Positions 25,401 to 33,807 are shown, numbered from the stretch's first letter. The stretch is DNA of 64,000 bases from Verrucomicrobiia bacterium (GCA_963664225.1 OY760937.1:5536001-5600000); one strand, 5' to 3'. Notes: a model not told the origin generated them from the sequence alone. Program-made: numbers and translations.

Positions 25401-26436
25401 GGTTTCAGACAGCACGCAGGATGAACTGGATCCGGACGTGCAGGCGGGCCGGGTGGTCTGGCAGGATTCCCGGGATGTGGGAGCCGGGGAGATCTACTTT
25501 AAGAACCTTGAGAGCGGCGAACTGAGGCGTTTGACGACTAATGCCTTTGGCCAGTATCATCCCGCCATCCACGGCAACGAGGTCGTGTGGCAGGATAATC
25601 GCAACGGCCAGGTGGACATTTACGCGTTCGACTTGCTTCGGGACACGGAGGTGCGGATCACGCAAACCGCCGAAAACGAGACCCGGCCGTTCATCGATGG
25701 GCCGTGGTGCGTTTGCGAGGAGGATTCCCTGGGCGTCTCGGTGGCCAATATACGGCTCATCCATCTGCCTACGCGACAAATCGTGCCGATCACGCGCACG
25801 ATGACCACCAAGTCGCGTCCGGCATTGGCCGCCAGTCACGTGGTGTGGCAGGATAGCGCCGGTGGGCAGAATACGATCATGTCCGCGGAGTTGCCGTCGT
25901 TGCAGCCCGTGTTCCAGAATCAGAATATCGTGGCGGTGACCGAGGCGCTGGCTGCCAATCAGCATGATGCCAGAACTTTGCTGTCGCGATGGAATGCGCA
26001 GGCCGGTGTGACGGAAGTGACGCGAGTCGCTTCGTTGACGCCCACGGTTACTTTTGAGACGGCTCGATGGAACAAAGGACAATTCAGCGGAACCAATTTC
26101 GTGCTGGCCGGCGGTTCGTTTTTGTGGGTGAAGTTCGATACGAATCAAGTCATCGACCTGGGGGTCAATGGCCGGGGCTTTGCCGATCTGAGCGCGGGTG
26201 TCAATGCCATCAGCTACACCGCGTTTCCCAATGATTATTCCGCGTATCAAATGGTGCGGCAGTTGGGTGTGGACAAGGTCAATGCGATCCGAATTCTCGA
26301 ATCGGAATCGGGTCGCTGGCTGGTGGCCGAAGTGCGAAACAGCCGGTTGATTGGTGATGATTTTCCGATCCCGCGCGCGGCGGTGGTCTTTGTGGATATG
26401 GATTCGGCAGTGACGCAGTGGCGGCCGGAACCCTGA
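22405..26436 (+). CDS. Large secreted partner protein: conserved N-terminal domain, Ig-like repeats, FlgD-Ig-like domain, Methanosarcina-type surface beta-propeller repeats, tandem C-terminal repeat
   Basis: ATG 22405 overlaps the upstream stop (ATGA) after a G-rich SD-like tract. Signal peptide ends TASA|QQ. Motifs LCAQVKIVILQELTLERIGFEATL, FAWDGRNEQGTIMPPGWYTVRL and repeated VVWQDxRxGxxDIY. Confidence 0.85.
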   Translation: MKTTPSILIRNLMKPIERILNVAPKWIGSCVCGLFLYCAMTASAQQEQRGLCAQVKIVILQELTLERIGFEATLEVTDNDGNDPITDFFADLTFENPALSTNGVANDASSLFFVRAPELQNISDVNGGGVIGPTKKAVIRWFIIPKIKAGGITPDGVRYKVGAKLSGKFQGIQLPSDVLQALPDTIVVRPEPQLEITYFQPRDVQGDNPFTPEVESPIPFSIGVLVKNSGYGIAHKLKIASQQPQIVENKRHLLLVAQLLGSRVNDAPLDNANLTVVLGDLNPGEAQKASWDMITSLSGEFTDFKASFTHASDLGGEETSVIKSINAYFIAHEVLNDMPGRDKLLDFLADTDRDENMIPDALYESEGNVEPVNYLANTTIDAISGTPGAYRISLDADRSGWCYMRLNDPGQNRLKIESIVRSDGKVINPHNMWTNTRYAKVTNARSDYLNLFDLVDLKKYTYTVQYAPSSIDTTPPATTLRFVGTSAYSNGRYYITPDAQMYFTAEDQSPVSIYYSLTNSAFIPAYPFVLRTPGEYALKYYGQDASGNREATNSTVLVVGNAGPTLLSFLGATQAVITSGDALSVRPNSADIRYRAGFSPVPVDAYLDIFQGVMGWPVVSGVPSSPTAATLAHLVIRGDWVDFYKYSLDGGAWSAEKPVAQILHLLNLSAAQHSVKVLGRSAYGDYGAETNAVAVQWTVDPAAPPTQITGTPATPTSDLFATLKVAGTGVNLYRWTLSNGYYRAPAGVAVPLSITNLGAGPQNISVIGLYSGAWQPTNNPTTAAWTVDPAYGSDYSSKTLVRSVTNRNVGFLPQSFAWDGRNEQGTIMPPGWYTVRLTLKDQVGRSTYATKLVQLGEFAGSFNALAAASRGPENPNARGRWAVWQDQSSGNSQIYAQDLLIPGNAPFGLTTSTRSQEKPRTDGRFVVWQSRQINGGWDIWIRDLLSGGQASALTSTTDVDETNPTVDWPWVVYQSKSSLDAKAPQQLKAVNLVTGVTQSVSDSTQDELDPDVQAGRVVWQDSRDVGAGEIYFKNLESGELRRLTTNAFGQYHPAIHGNEVVWQDNRNGQVDIYAFDLLRDTEVRITQTAENETRPFIDGPWCVCEEDSLGVSVANIRLIHLPTRQIVPITRTMTTKSRPALAASHVVWQDSAGGQNTIMSAELPSLQPVFQNQNIVAVTEALAANQHDARTLLSRWNAQAGVTEVTRVASLTPTVTFETARWNKGQFSGTNFVLAGGSFLWVKFDTNQVIDLGVNGRGFADLSAGVNAISYTAFPNDYSAYQMVRQLGVDKVNAIRILESESGRWLVAEVRNSRLIGDDFPIPRAAVVFVDMDSAVTQWRPEP

Positions 26437-26473
26437 ACGCGATCGAAAAATATTTGAGAGGAAACAATTTGAA

Positions 26474-27295
26474 ATGAAAAAGATCATCAATTACGCAGGC
26501 CTGCCAGCCGTCGCTGCCGTCTGGCTGCTGGCGGGCGTCTGCCAGGGCCATGGCGCAACGGTCGCGGATTTGCAGAAGCGCCTGGCGGAGGGCAAGCCCG
26601 TGACGATCATCGATGTGCGGCCCAACGAACTGTATCGCAATGGGCATATCGAGGGCGCGATCAACATTCCGGCGAATCTGTTGTCTGCGAAAAAGCTTCC
26701 CGCGCTGGGACAGGTCATCGTTTGCGCGGAAGGACTGGGTCGGGACAAAGTGGAGGAGTCGGTGAACTGTCTCAATGGAAAAACCGGGATTCAGGCGGAG
26801 GCGCTGGATGGCGGTTTTGCCGCATGGGAAACAGCGCAGGGCGGCAATACCCGGCCCATGGGATTGCAGCCGGAAAGCCTGGTCCACATCACGTACGATC
26901 AACTCAAGACAACGAAATTGACTGATGTTGTTCTGGTGGATCTGCGGCGGAACAGTCCCGCCACGCGTCAAAGCGTGAACAGCGCGACCAATGTTTCTGA
27001 AGCCGCGTTGACGGATCTCAGCAAAGAGTTTCCGGGGGCGGTGATTTCGCCATCCCCATTCAGTCTGGCAGGCGCAAAACAATCCAGTGCCAACCGGCGC
27101 GAATCCGCACCCTTATTGGTGCTCATAGACACCGGCAACGGAATCGCTGAAGAGACGGCGCGCAGCTTGCAGGCCAATGGCTACCGGAGGGTTGTGATTC
27201 TGGCAGGCGGTGAGCAGGCGCTGGCACGCCAGGGACAACCCGGATTGCAACGCATGGGATTGGGATCGGTGATGACGAGTGGCGCGGATCATTAA
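26474..27295 (+). CDS. Secreted tandem rhodanese-domain protein
   Basis: Signal peptide. Domain 1: IIDVRP..YRNGHIEGAINIP...VIVCAEGLGR...LDGGFAAW (Cys present). Domain 2: VLVDLR...LVLIDTGNG...LAGG (Asp at the catalytic position). Confidence 0.85.
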   Translation: MKKIINYAGLPAVAAVWLLAGVCQGHGATVADLQKRLAEGKPVTIIDVRPNELYRNGHIEGAINIPANLLSAKKLPALGQVIVCAEGLGRDKVEESVNCLNGKTGIQAEALDGGFAAWETAQGGNTRPMGLQPESLVHITYDQLKTTKLTDVVLVDLRRNSPATRQSVNSATNVSEAALTDLSKEFPGAVISPSPFSLAGAKQSSANRRESAPLLVLIDTGNGIAEETARSLQANGYRRVVILAGGEQALARQGQPGLQRMGLGSVMTSGADH

Positions 27296-27309
27296 AAAGG
27301 ACCATAGCG

Positions 27310-28728
27310 ATGATAAAACGAAAATGGGGTTTTTCATACGGGAATGGGGCATTAAGAGTTCTTGCCTTATCCCTACTCCTGAATCTTGCCGGCATGATTG
27401 GCGCGGCGGGGGCGGTGTCGATATCCGGCGTTCAGGCTGTGAATGTCAGATCCGCCGGATTTGCCCTGGTGTGGTCCGTGGCGGGCGCTTCTGATCCAGT
27501 GGTGTCTATTTTTGCCGATCCGCAGGGCAAGACCAACCTGGCTGGGATTGTTGGGATCGAATGGTTCCCCTTGAATGGTGGGAATACCATCGGGGATAGC
27601 GTGTATGAAAAGCGACAGACTCAAACCGCCACACGCGTGGAAACCAAAAAGGTGGGACTGGTCATGGCGCAAATATCAGGCTGCAAGCCGGCGACGCAGT
27701 ACTATTATCGCGTGGGCGCGAAGGTTAACGGCGTGATCGCGGCACAATGGCCGGATTCTGGAGATTTGCCTGCGATTACGACCGCAGAATCCAACGGTTT
27801 TATCATCGACTCCAAACAACTTCTGCTGACCATTCCCGGTGTGCGCACATATGGGCGCATCATGACGTTGTCCACCACGAACGCAGCATATCCGCTGGCG
27901 GCGGTGGTAGGGGATGGAGCGGACACCAACCAGGTTTACTTCAATCTGTCCGAGCTGCTGTCAAAAGACGGGAAGACGAATTATGCAGGATCGCTGGACG
28001 AGCGGTTGCTGGTTGAAATGCTGGGACCCTCGCTTGGACAGGCCACGCAAAGTTTCTACCTGGGATATTCCTCCAATTTTGTGGTGGGAACAGCGGAGGA
28101 GCGCCTCTTTGTTTTGGACTCCCTGTCCCTGACTTTAAGTGAAAATATTTTGTATGCAGGCAGCAATGGGTTTCTGGGCATCTATTTGAAGTGCAATGCC
28201 GCGATCACCAATGTCACGGTGGATCTGGATCTGCCGTTGAGCCGGTTCACCAATATCAATGTTGTGCCGCTTGCGGTTCAGGGCGGACAGGCCACACTGG
28301 AGGGGAATCGAACGCTGCATCTGAATTTGCGGGTGGATTCGCATCAAACTTACTCCCAGCCGACCCTGGTGGCCCGACTGGCCTATCAGACCGTGCTGGA
28401 TCAGATTTCGGCCATTGTGCCTGTCACCATTACCGGCATGACCTCGACAAGGCCCGATGGATTGCCGCTGGCCGCAGTTACCGGGTTTGGGAGTCGGATC
28501 ATCATTGTCGCAAAACAGCCCATACTTGAGGCGATGCGAGGGGCAGAGACTCCGAGGTCACTTATCGTTTACGGACGCGAAGGGGCGCAGTATCGCATTC
28601 AGAGTTCAACAGCGCCGGAATTAAAGAATTGGCCCGATTACATGAGCGTGACCCTGACCAATATCGCGCATCGTCTTGACGGTTTGACTCCCACCAACTT
28701 GAATCGTTTCTATCGTGCTCAACAGTAA
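27310..28728 (+). CDS. Secreted protein with FN3-like N-terminus, cohesin/Ig-like middle and C-terminal YRIQSS...W...RFYRA motif
   Basis: Signal peptide; ISGCKPATQYYYRVG FN3-type motif; C-terminus GAQYRIQSSTAPELKNW...NRFYRAQQ. Confidence 0.65.
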   Translation: MIKRKWGFSYGNGALRVLALSLLLNLAGMIGAAGAVSISGVQAVNVRSAGFALVWSVAGASDPVVSIFADPQGKTNLAGIVGIEWFPLNGGNTIGDSVYEKRQTQTATRVETKKVGLVMAQISGCKPATQYYYRVGAKVNGVIAAQWPDSGDLPAITTAESNGFIIDSKQLLLTIPGVRTYGRIMTLSTTNAAYPLAAVVGDGADTNQVYFNLSELLSKDGKTNYAGSLDERLLVEMLGPSLGQATQSFYLGYSSNFVVGTAEERLFVLDSLSLTLSENILYAGSNGFLGIYLKCNAAITNVTVDLDLPLSRFTNINVVPLAVQGGQATLEGNRTLHLNLRVDSHQTYSQPTLVARLAYQTVLDQISAIVPVTITGMTSTRPDGLPLAAVTGFGSRIIIVAKQPILEAMRGAETPRSLIVYGREGAQYRIQSSTAPELKNWPDYMSVTLTNIAHRLDGLTPTNLNRFYRAQQ

Positions 28729-28796
28729 TCGGGCTTGATTTTGGGCGCAGCCCGTGCGAAAGCTGCCGGTCAGCAGAAATGCGGTGGAACCGGCTG

Positions 28797-29861
28797 ATGA
28801 TAAGAAACATAATATTCGATTGGTCAGGCACACTGGTGGATGACCTGCCAGCCGTCTGGGAGGCGACTAACGAGGTGTTTCGTCGCGCGGGGGTTGCGGA
28901 ATTGACGCTCGATCAATTTCGGGCGGAATTCAGCCTTCCATTCACTCATTTTTATCAGCGGTTTGTTCCCAACACCTCGCCGGAACAGATCGAACTTTGG
29001 TTTCATGAGCGATTTCAGAATGTCACTCATCGCGTGCAGCCATTGGCCCATGCCCGCGAATTCCTTGAACACTGCCGGGAACAAAAACTGCGGTGCTTCA
29101 TCCTGACGAGTGTTAATAAGAAGTATTTTCCTGGACAGGCTGAAGCCACGGGGCTGGCAGGATATTTTGAGGGGGTTTACTCCGGGGTATTGGACAAGCG
29201 CGAACAAATCCGCATCCTTATGGATTCGCGCAAACTGGCAGAATCAGAGACGCTCTTTGTGGGGGACATGCAGCACGATATCGAAGCCGCCCGGAGCGGG
29301 GGGGTGCATTCCTGCGCGGTATTGACGGGTTACAACCGTTTGGAACAGCTTCGGCAGAGCGAACCTGACGTGATTGTCGAGCACCTGCGAGAATTATGGG
29401 AGATGCTTGAACGAAATAAAATGGAATGGCATCCATCCACCAATGGGAGCAACGGTGGTCATCCGATTGTGACGGTAGGCGCGCTCATCATGAATCATTC
29501 CAAGGAGGCCTTGCTGGTTCGAACCCAAAAATGGTCGGGGTTGTGGGGGATTCCAGGCGGAAAAGTGAAGACGGGCGAGACACTGGAAGCAGCGCTGCGG
29601 CGGGAAATCAAGGAAGAGACAAACCTGGATATTGACGATATCCGTTGGACGCTGGTGCAGGATTGCATCCATTCCCCGGAGTTTTATCGGGACGCCCATT
29701 TCGTGTTGATGAATTACACATGCCGCTGCCGTGAAGTTGCTGATGTGGTTCTTAATGACGAGGCGCAGGAATATCGCTGGCTGCCATTGAGTGAAGCCAG
29801 GAAGCTTCCGTTAAACCGGCCGACGCAGATTCTCCTGGACCATGTCCAATCTAAACAGTGA
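28797..29861 (+). CDS. HAD-family phosphatase fused to Nudix hydrolase
   Basis: HAD motif I variant IIFDWSGTLVD, motif II ILTS, motif IV FVGDMQHD; Nudix box GGKVKTGETLEAALRREIKEETNL. Confidence 0.9.
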   Translation: MIRNIIFDWSGTLVDDLPAVWEATNEVFRRAGVAELTLDQFRAEFSLPFTHFYQRFVPNTSPEQIELWFHERFQNVTHRVQPLAHAREFLEHCREQKLRCFILTSVNKKYFPGQAEATGLAGYFEGVYSGVLDKREQIRILMDSRKLAESETLFVGDMQHDIEAARSGGVHSCAVLTGYNRLEQLRQSEPDVIVEHLRELWEMLERNKMEWHPSTNGSNGGHPIVTVGALIMNHSKEALLVRTQKWSGLWGIPGGKVKTGETLEAALRREIKEETNLDIDDIRWTLVQDCIHSPEFYRDAHFVLMNYTCRCREVADVVLNDEAQEYRWLPLSEARKLPLNRPTQILLDHVQSKQ

Positions 29862-30220
29862 AGAAGAACATGGACAAAATCACCATTCGCAATCTGGAAT
29901 TGTATTACCACGTCGGTGTTCCTGATGCGGAGCGATCGCAGGCCCAACGATTGCTGATCACCCTGGAAATGGAAGGCGATTTTTCCGAGGCGGCAAAAAC
30001 GGATGACCTTTCCAAAACGGTCGATTACTACAAAGTGGCGCAACGCTTGATTCACTTCGGCGATGGCCGGAGCTGGAAACTTATTGAAAAACTGGCCGCA
30101 GACATCATCGAAATGCTGTTTGCGGAGTTTGCGGCCGATGCCTTCGCAATCGAAATCAAGAAAATGGTTATTCCTGAGACGGAATACGTTTCCTTCTCCA
30201 TGAGTCGAAGCCGCGAATGA
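29858..30220 (+). CDS. folB: Dihydroneopterin aldolase
   Basis: MDKITIRNL..HVGVPDAER..Q, TVDY, KLIEKLA, IEIKK. GTG start overlaps the upstream stop; alternative ATG at 29870. Confidence 0.9.
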   Translation: MKKNMDKITIRNLELYYHVGVPDAERSQAQRLLITLEMEGDFSEAAKTDDLSKTVDYYKVAQRLIHFGDGRSWKLIEKLAADIIEMLFAEFAADAFAIEIKKMVIPETEYVSFSMSRSRE

Positions 30221-31764
30221 CCGCATTTGATCCAGCCTGGATTGAAGGGGTCGGCGATAACCTTGAAAAACGGTGTCTTGTTCAAAAGGGCGCCCGCATG
30301 GTTGTTGCGGTATCGGGCGGTCTGGACTCGATGGTTTTGTTGCGTGTTCTCCATTCCATGGCGGCTCGCAACCAGTGGGAGCTCATGGTGGCCCATTTCA
30401 ACCACCAACTGCGGGGTCGGGCCAGCGATGCCGATGAAAGACTGGTGGCCAAAGTTGCTTCGGAACTGAAACTGCCGATGGTTTGCGGGCGAGGGGACGT
30501 GGCTGAATTGCAAAAGAAACTCGGAATTTCCCTTGAGATGGCCGCCAGGAAATTGCGGCATGAATTTCTGGCGAAAGCAGCGATTGAGTTTTCGAGCGGA
30601 TTCGAGAGTGCGCTGCCGGGAAAAGGAAGGGGTGGTCGTCAGAAGATGAAGTCCTGCACGAAACCTTCGGTGGAGGCGCTGCGTCCCACGGTTGCGCTTG
30701 CGCATCATGCCGATGACCAATCGGAATTGTTTTTTTTGCGTCTTTTTCGCGGAGCGGGTGGAGAGGGGATTGCGGGCATGCGGTGGTGCAATGACTCGCC
30801 CGCCAATCCGGAGGTGCGACTGATCCGGCCCCTGCTCAACCAACCCAAATCGGCATTGCTGGATTATGCTCGGCACGAGGGAATTGCTTATCGCGAGGAT
30901 GCTTCGAATAAGAAGACGGATATTTTGCGAAATCGTATCCGACATCGCCTATTGCCGATGCTGCGGAGCGAATTCCAGACTGATCTGGACGGCAAGATAT
31001 CGCGACTGATGGAAACGGTGGGAGCAGAGGCTGAATTTGCAAAATGCGAAGCCCGGAAGTGGTTGGCAATGAAGAAACCGGTGCGATTTGAAAAATTGCC
31101 GGCCGCGTTGCAGCGTCAGATCATCCGTCTTCAATTGCGGTCTTCAGGCTTTGAACCTGACTTTGAAGCGGTGGAGTATTTGCGGATCCATCCAGATCAA
31201 TCGATGAGTCTTGCGCGGGATTTGAATGCTCTTCGTAACGAGGAGGGACGAATCGCAGTAAGCTCTCCTAAGTTTTTGGATTTTCGTCCCGAGCAAACGC
31301 GATTGGATTTTAGTGATGGTGCCGGTCAAACGCAAATCGAAGGATTAAAGATTGAATGGGAGATTTTAAGTGGGACGGCTCTGGGGCGATTAAAAAGAGA
31401 ACTTCAAATTGGAACTGGAACGAATCGAGGGAACGTTTCCGAGAAATCTCGCAAGACCAACAAAGCGTTGGCTGGTTGCGAATATTTTGACGCGGACGCC
31501 ATTGGAAATTCGGCCGCACTCCGGCATTGGCAGGCGGGGGATCGGTTTCAACCGATTGGAATGGCACATTCTGCAAAGATTCAGGATCTTTTGACCAATC
31601 TGAAGGTACCCGCTGCAAAACGACGGTCGATATTTGTGGCAGAAGCTGAAAACCAAAGATTGTTTTGGGTGCAGGGATTGCGGATCTCTGAAGAATTCAA
31701 GATCCGGCAGCAGACGGGACGGTGTTTGCGTTGGGCCTGGAAAGCCATGGATGGTTTTATTTGA
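30217..31764 (+). CDS. tilS: tRNA(Ile)-lysidine synthetase
   Basis: VAVSGGLDS PP-loop, AHFNHQLRG, EMAARKLR, AHHADDQSE, EDASN..RNRIR, C-terminal RHWQAGDRF. Confidence 0.95.
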   Translation: MTAFDPAWIEGVGDNLEKRCLVQKGARMVVAVSGGLDSMVLLRVLHSMAARNQWELMVAHFNHQLRGRASDADERLVAKVASELKLPMVCGRGDVAELQKKLGISLEMAARKLRHEFLAKAAIEFSSGFESALPGKGRGGRQKMKSCTKPSVEALRPTVALAHHADDQSELFFLRLFRGAGGEGIAGMRWCNDSPANPEVRLIRPLLNQPKSALLDYARHEGIAYREDASNKKTDILRNRIRHRLLPMLRSEFQTDLDGKISRLMETVGAEAEFAKCEARKWLAMKKPVRFEKLPAALQRQIIRLQLRSSGFEPDFEAVEYLRIHPDQSMSLARDLNALRNEEGRIAVSSPKFLDFRPEQTRLDFSDGAGQTQIEGLKIEWEILSGTALGRLKRELQIGTGTNRGNVSEKSRKTNKALAGCEYFDADAIGNSAALRHWQAGDRFQPIGMAHSAKIQDLLTNLKVPAAKRRSIFVAEAENQRLFWVQGLRISEEFKIRQQTGRCLRWAWKAMDGFI

Positions 31765-31795
31765 CATATTTTTGTCATGAATAACACTCGGACGC
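31761..31795 (+). promoter_or_regulatory. Candidate promoter giving a leaderless mRNA
   Basis: TTGACA (31761-66), 16 bp, AACACT (31783-88), 7 nt, ATG 31796. Confidence 0.4.
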
Positions 31796-32782
31796 ATGAA
31801 CCACCGTTTGAATCGTCGTGAATTTCTTTCCGGCACTGCGCTGGCCTCTGCGGGTGTCGCCATTTCCTGTCAAACCAGCCCTGTTCTCGCAGCCGAGGCT
31901 CAATCCACTCCAACAACCAAGGTTGTGTTTGGATCGAAGGGGACCATGCCGACGGGAAAGATTGGCAGCCTGACCGTAAGCAGGTTGATTTCCGGAGGCA
32001 ATCTGATCAGTGGCTGGGCGCATTCCCGCGACCTCCATTATGTGCCGTCCCTGATGCGTGCCTATAACACGGATGATAAGATTCTCGACACGCTCCAGTT
32101 GCTGGAGGAGCAGGGCGTCAACACCATCATCGCGGATCCACGCAAGAACGTCATGAACGTCTTCAGCCGTTATTGGAAGGAGCGAGGCGGCAAGATTCAG
32201 TGGATCGCCGAGGGGCACCCTGACATCGACGACTGGAAGACCAATATGAAGCAGTCGATCGATTTTGGCGCGGTGGCCGTTTACATCCAGGGCGTGAAGT
32301 CCGATTATTTTTTGAAGGAAAGGCATGGCGAACTTCTGGGCAAATGTGTCGATTTCATCAAGGCGCAAGGGGTTCCGGGCGGCATTGGGGCGCACAAATT
32401 GGAGGTCATCATGGAGTCGGAGAAGAACAATTATGGCGCCGATTTCTACGTAAAGACCCTCCACCATACGAAGTATTGGTCCACCCGGCGACCTGATCAG
32501 ACACAGGATGTGGTGGATAACTCGGCCGACAATTACTGGGATTTCGATCCAGAGAAGACGATTGCCTTCATGCAGACGGTAAAGAAGCCGTGGATCGCCT
32601 TCAAGGTGCTGGCGGCTGGGGCGATACAGCCAAGTTCGGGCTTTCCGTTTGCGTTTGAAAACGGGGCAGACTTCATTTGCGTGGGCATGTTCGATTTCCA
32701 GGTGGAAAAGAACGCGAAGCTGGCCCGTGCGGTATTCCAAAAGACGCAGGATCAAACTCGCAAACGGGGTTGGATGGCATAG
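31796..32782 (+). CDS. Tat-exported uncharacterised protein, aldo/keto-reductase-like TIM barrel
   Basis: Twin-arginine signal LNRREFL; MPTGKIGSLTVSRLISGGN and KPWIAFKVLAAG resemble AKR-fold termini. Confidence 0.65.
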   Translation: MNHRLNRREFLSGTALASAGVAISCQTSPVLAAEAQSTPTTKVVFGSKGTMPTGKIGSLTVSRLISGGNLISGWAHSRDLHYVPSLMRAYNTDDKILDTLQLLEEQGVNTIIADPRKNVMNVFSRYWKERGGKIQWIAEGHPDIDDWKTNMKQSIDFGAVAVYIQGVKSDYFLKERHGELLGKCVDFIKAQGVPGGIGAHKLEVIMESEKNNYGADFYVKTLHHTKYWSTRRPDQTQDVVDNSADNYWDFDPEKTIAFMQTVKKPWIAFKVLAAGAIQPSSGFPFAFENGADFICVGMFDFQVEKNAKLARAVFQKTQDQTRKRGWMA

Positions 32783-33110
32783 AGATGCAGAGATGCGCGG
32801 GTGCATGACAAGATTCCGCGATGAAATAACAAGAACTCCTAATAAATCCCCTGATACGGTTTCCACAGGGCATCATCCGTTGTCGAGGAGAGCCCCGGGA
32901 AGCTCCCCGCAGCCAACGGTGAATAACTGTGCCGCCGCCAAAAAAACGAGTGGTGAAAAAGATTTGCCGTTGGGGTATAAAAAGCCTGGCGGGCATCGCG
33001 CCAGAGGTTGGCCAATGAACAAATTAAACGATGAATACCACACCATACTCTGGGTTGGCCCATTTACGCTTAGGTTGGTTCAATACAACTGATTCCACCA
33101 TAATTGAGCC

Positions 33111-33602
33111 ATGAGCTTCCAACGGCTTTTTCAAGCAAGAATCTCGTTGCTATCGGTCGCATGCTTTTTGATCGGCTGCACGTCTATCACATATGGGCTT
33201 ACGCGGTGGCTCGTTACTAAGCACATCATCGAAGATCAAGTAGTGCAAATAAAGAACTACGTTGAAAGCGAGAATATTGAAATCGTAAGCGTCAAATTTT
33301 CTGGGGATCGCAATGTTCTGTCCAAATCACCCAAACCGACTTCTGATATTTTGAGCCGAATCACTCGACCGGGATACCCCGATTACTGGCGTCCGGGTGC
33401 CTTGATGATGGGCGCTATTGGTGCCTTTTTCATATCTTACGGATGCTATTCGGCAGTTCGGGCTTATGGTGAAATCTCTAAATCCGGTCGTGAGAATTTG
33501 CACTTCGCGTTGACCGCTTTGATACTCAGCGGGATTGTGTTTACATTGGTCGCCTTGGTGATTAGCCGTGCTTGGCTCTCAGCTATTGAATCTGCATTCT
33601 AA
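33111..33602 (+). CDS. Hypothetical membrane protein (about 3 TM)
   Basis: 163-aa ORF with three hydrophobic stretches in a visibly AT-richer segment; no recognisable family. Confidence 0.5.
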   Translation: MSFQRLFQARISLLSVACFLIGCTSITYGLTRWLVTKHIIEDQVVQIKNYVESENIEIVSVKFSGDRNVLSKSPKPTSDILSRITRPGYPDYWRPGALMMGAIGAFFISYGCYSAVRAYGEISKSGRENLHFALTALILSGIVFTLVALVISRAWLSAIESAF

Positions 33603-33807
33603 AAGTGCTTAGGAAAGGGTTTCCGGAATTCTGAATGGCTGTCAAAGTTCGTTTAAATTGTCCCCATTGGATCATTTGGACTCTCTTTTCACCGTATCCG
33701 TCAGGCGAAGAGGCAACAGGCAATGACCGGGCTGAAGCGGTTAAATGGGGGGCATGAACCACAGAACTGCTTGCTCAAACCGATTTCCAAGTCACACAAC
33801 GGTTTTA

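Noticed and set aside
32649..33092. 147-aa ORF
   Set aside because: Overlaps the 3' end of the Tat protein gene, with no recognisable motif or convincing start.
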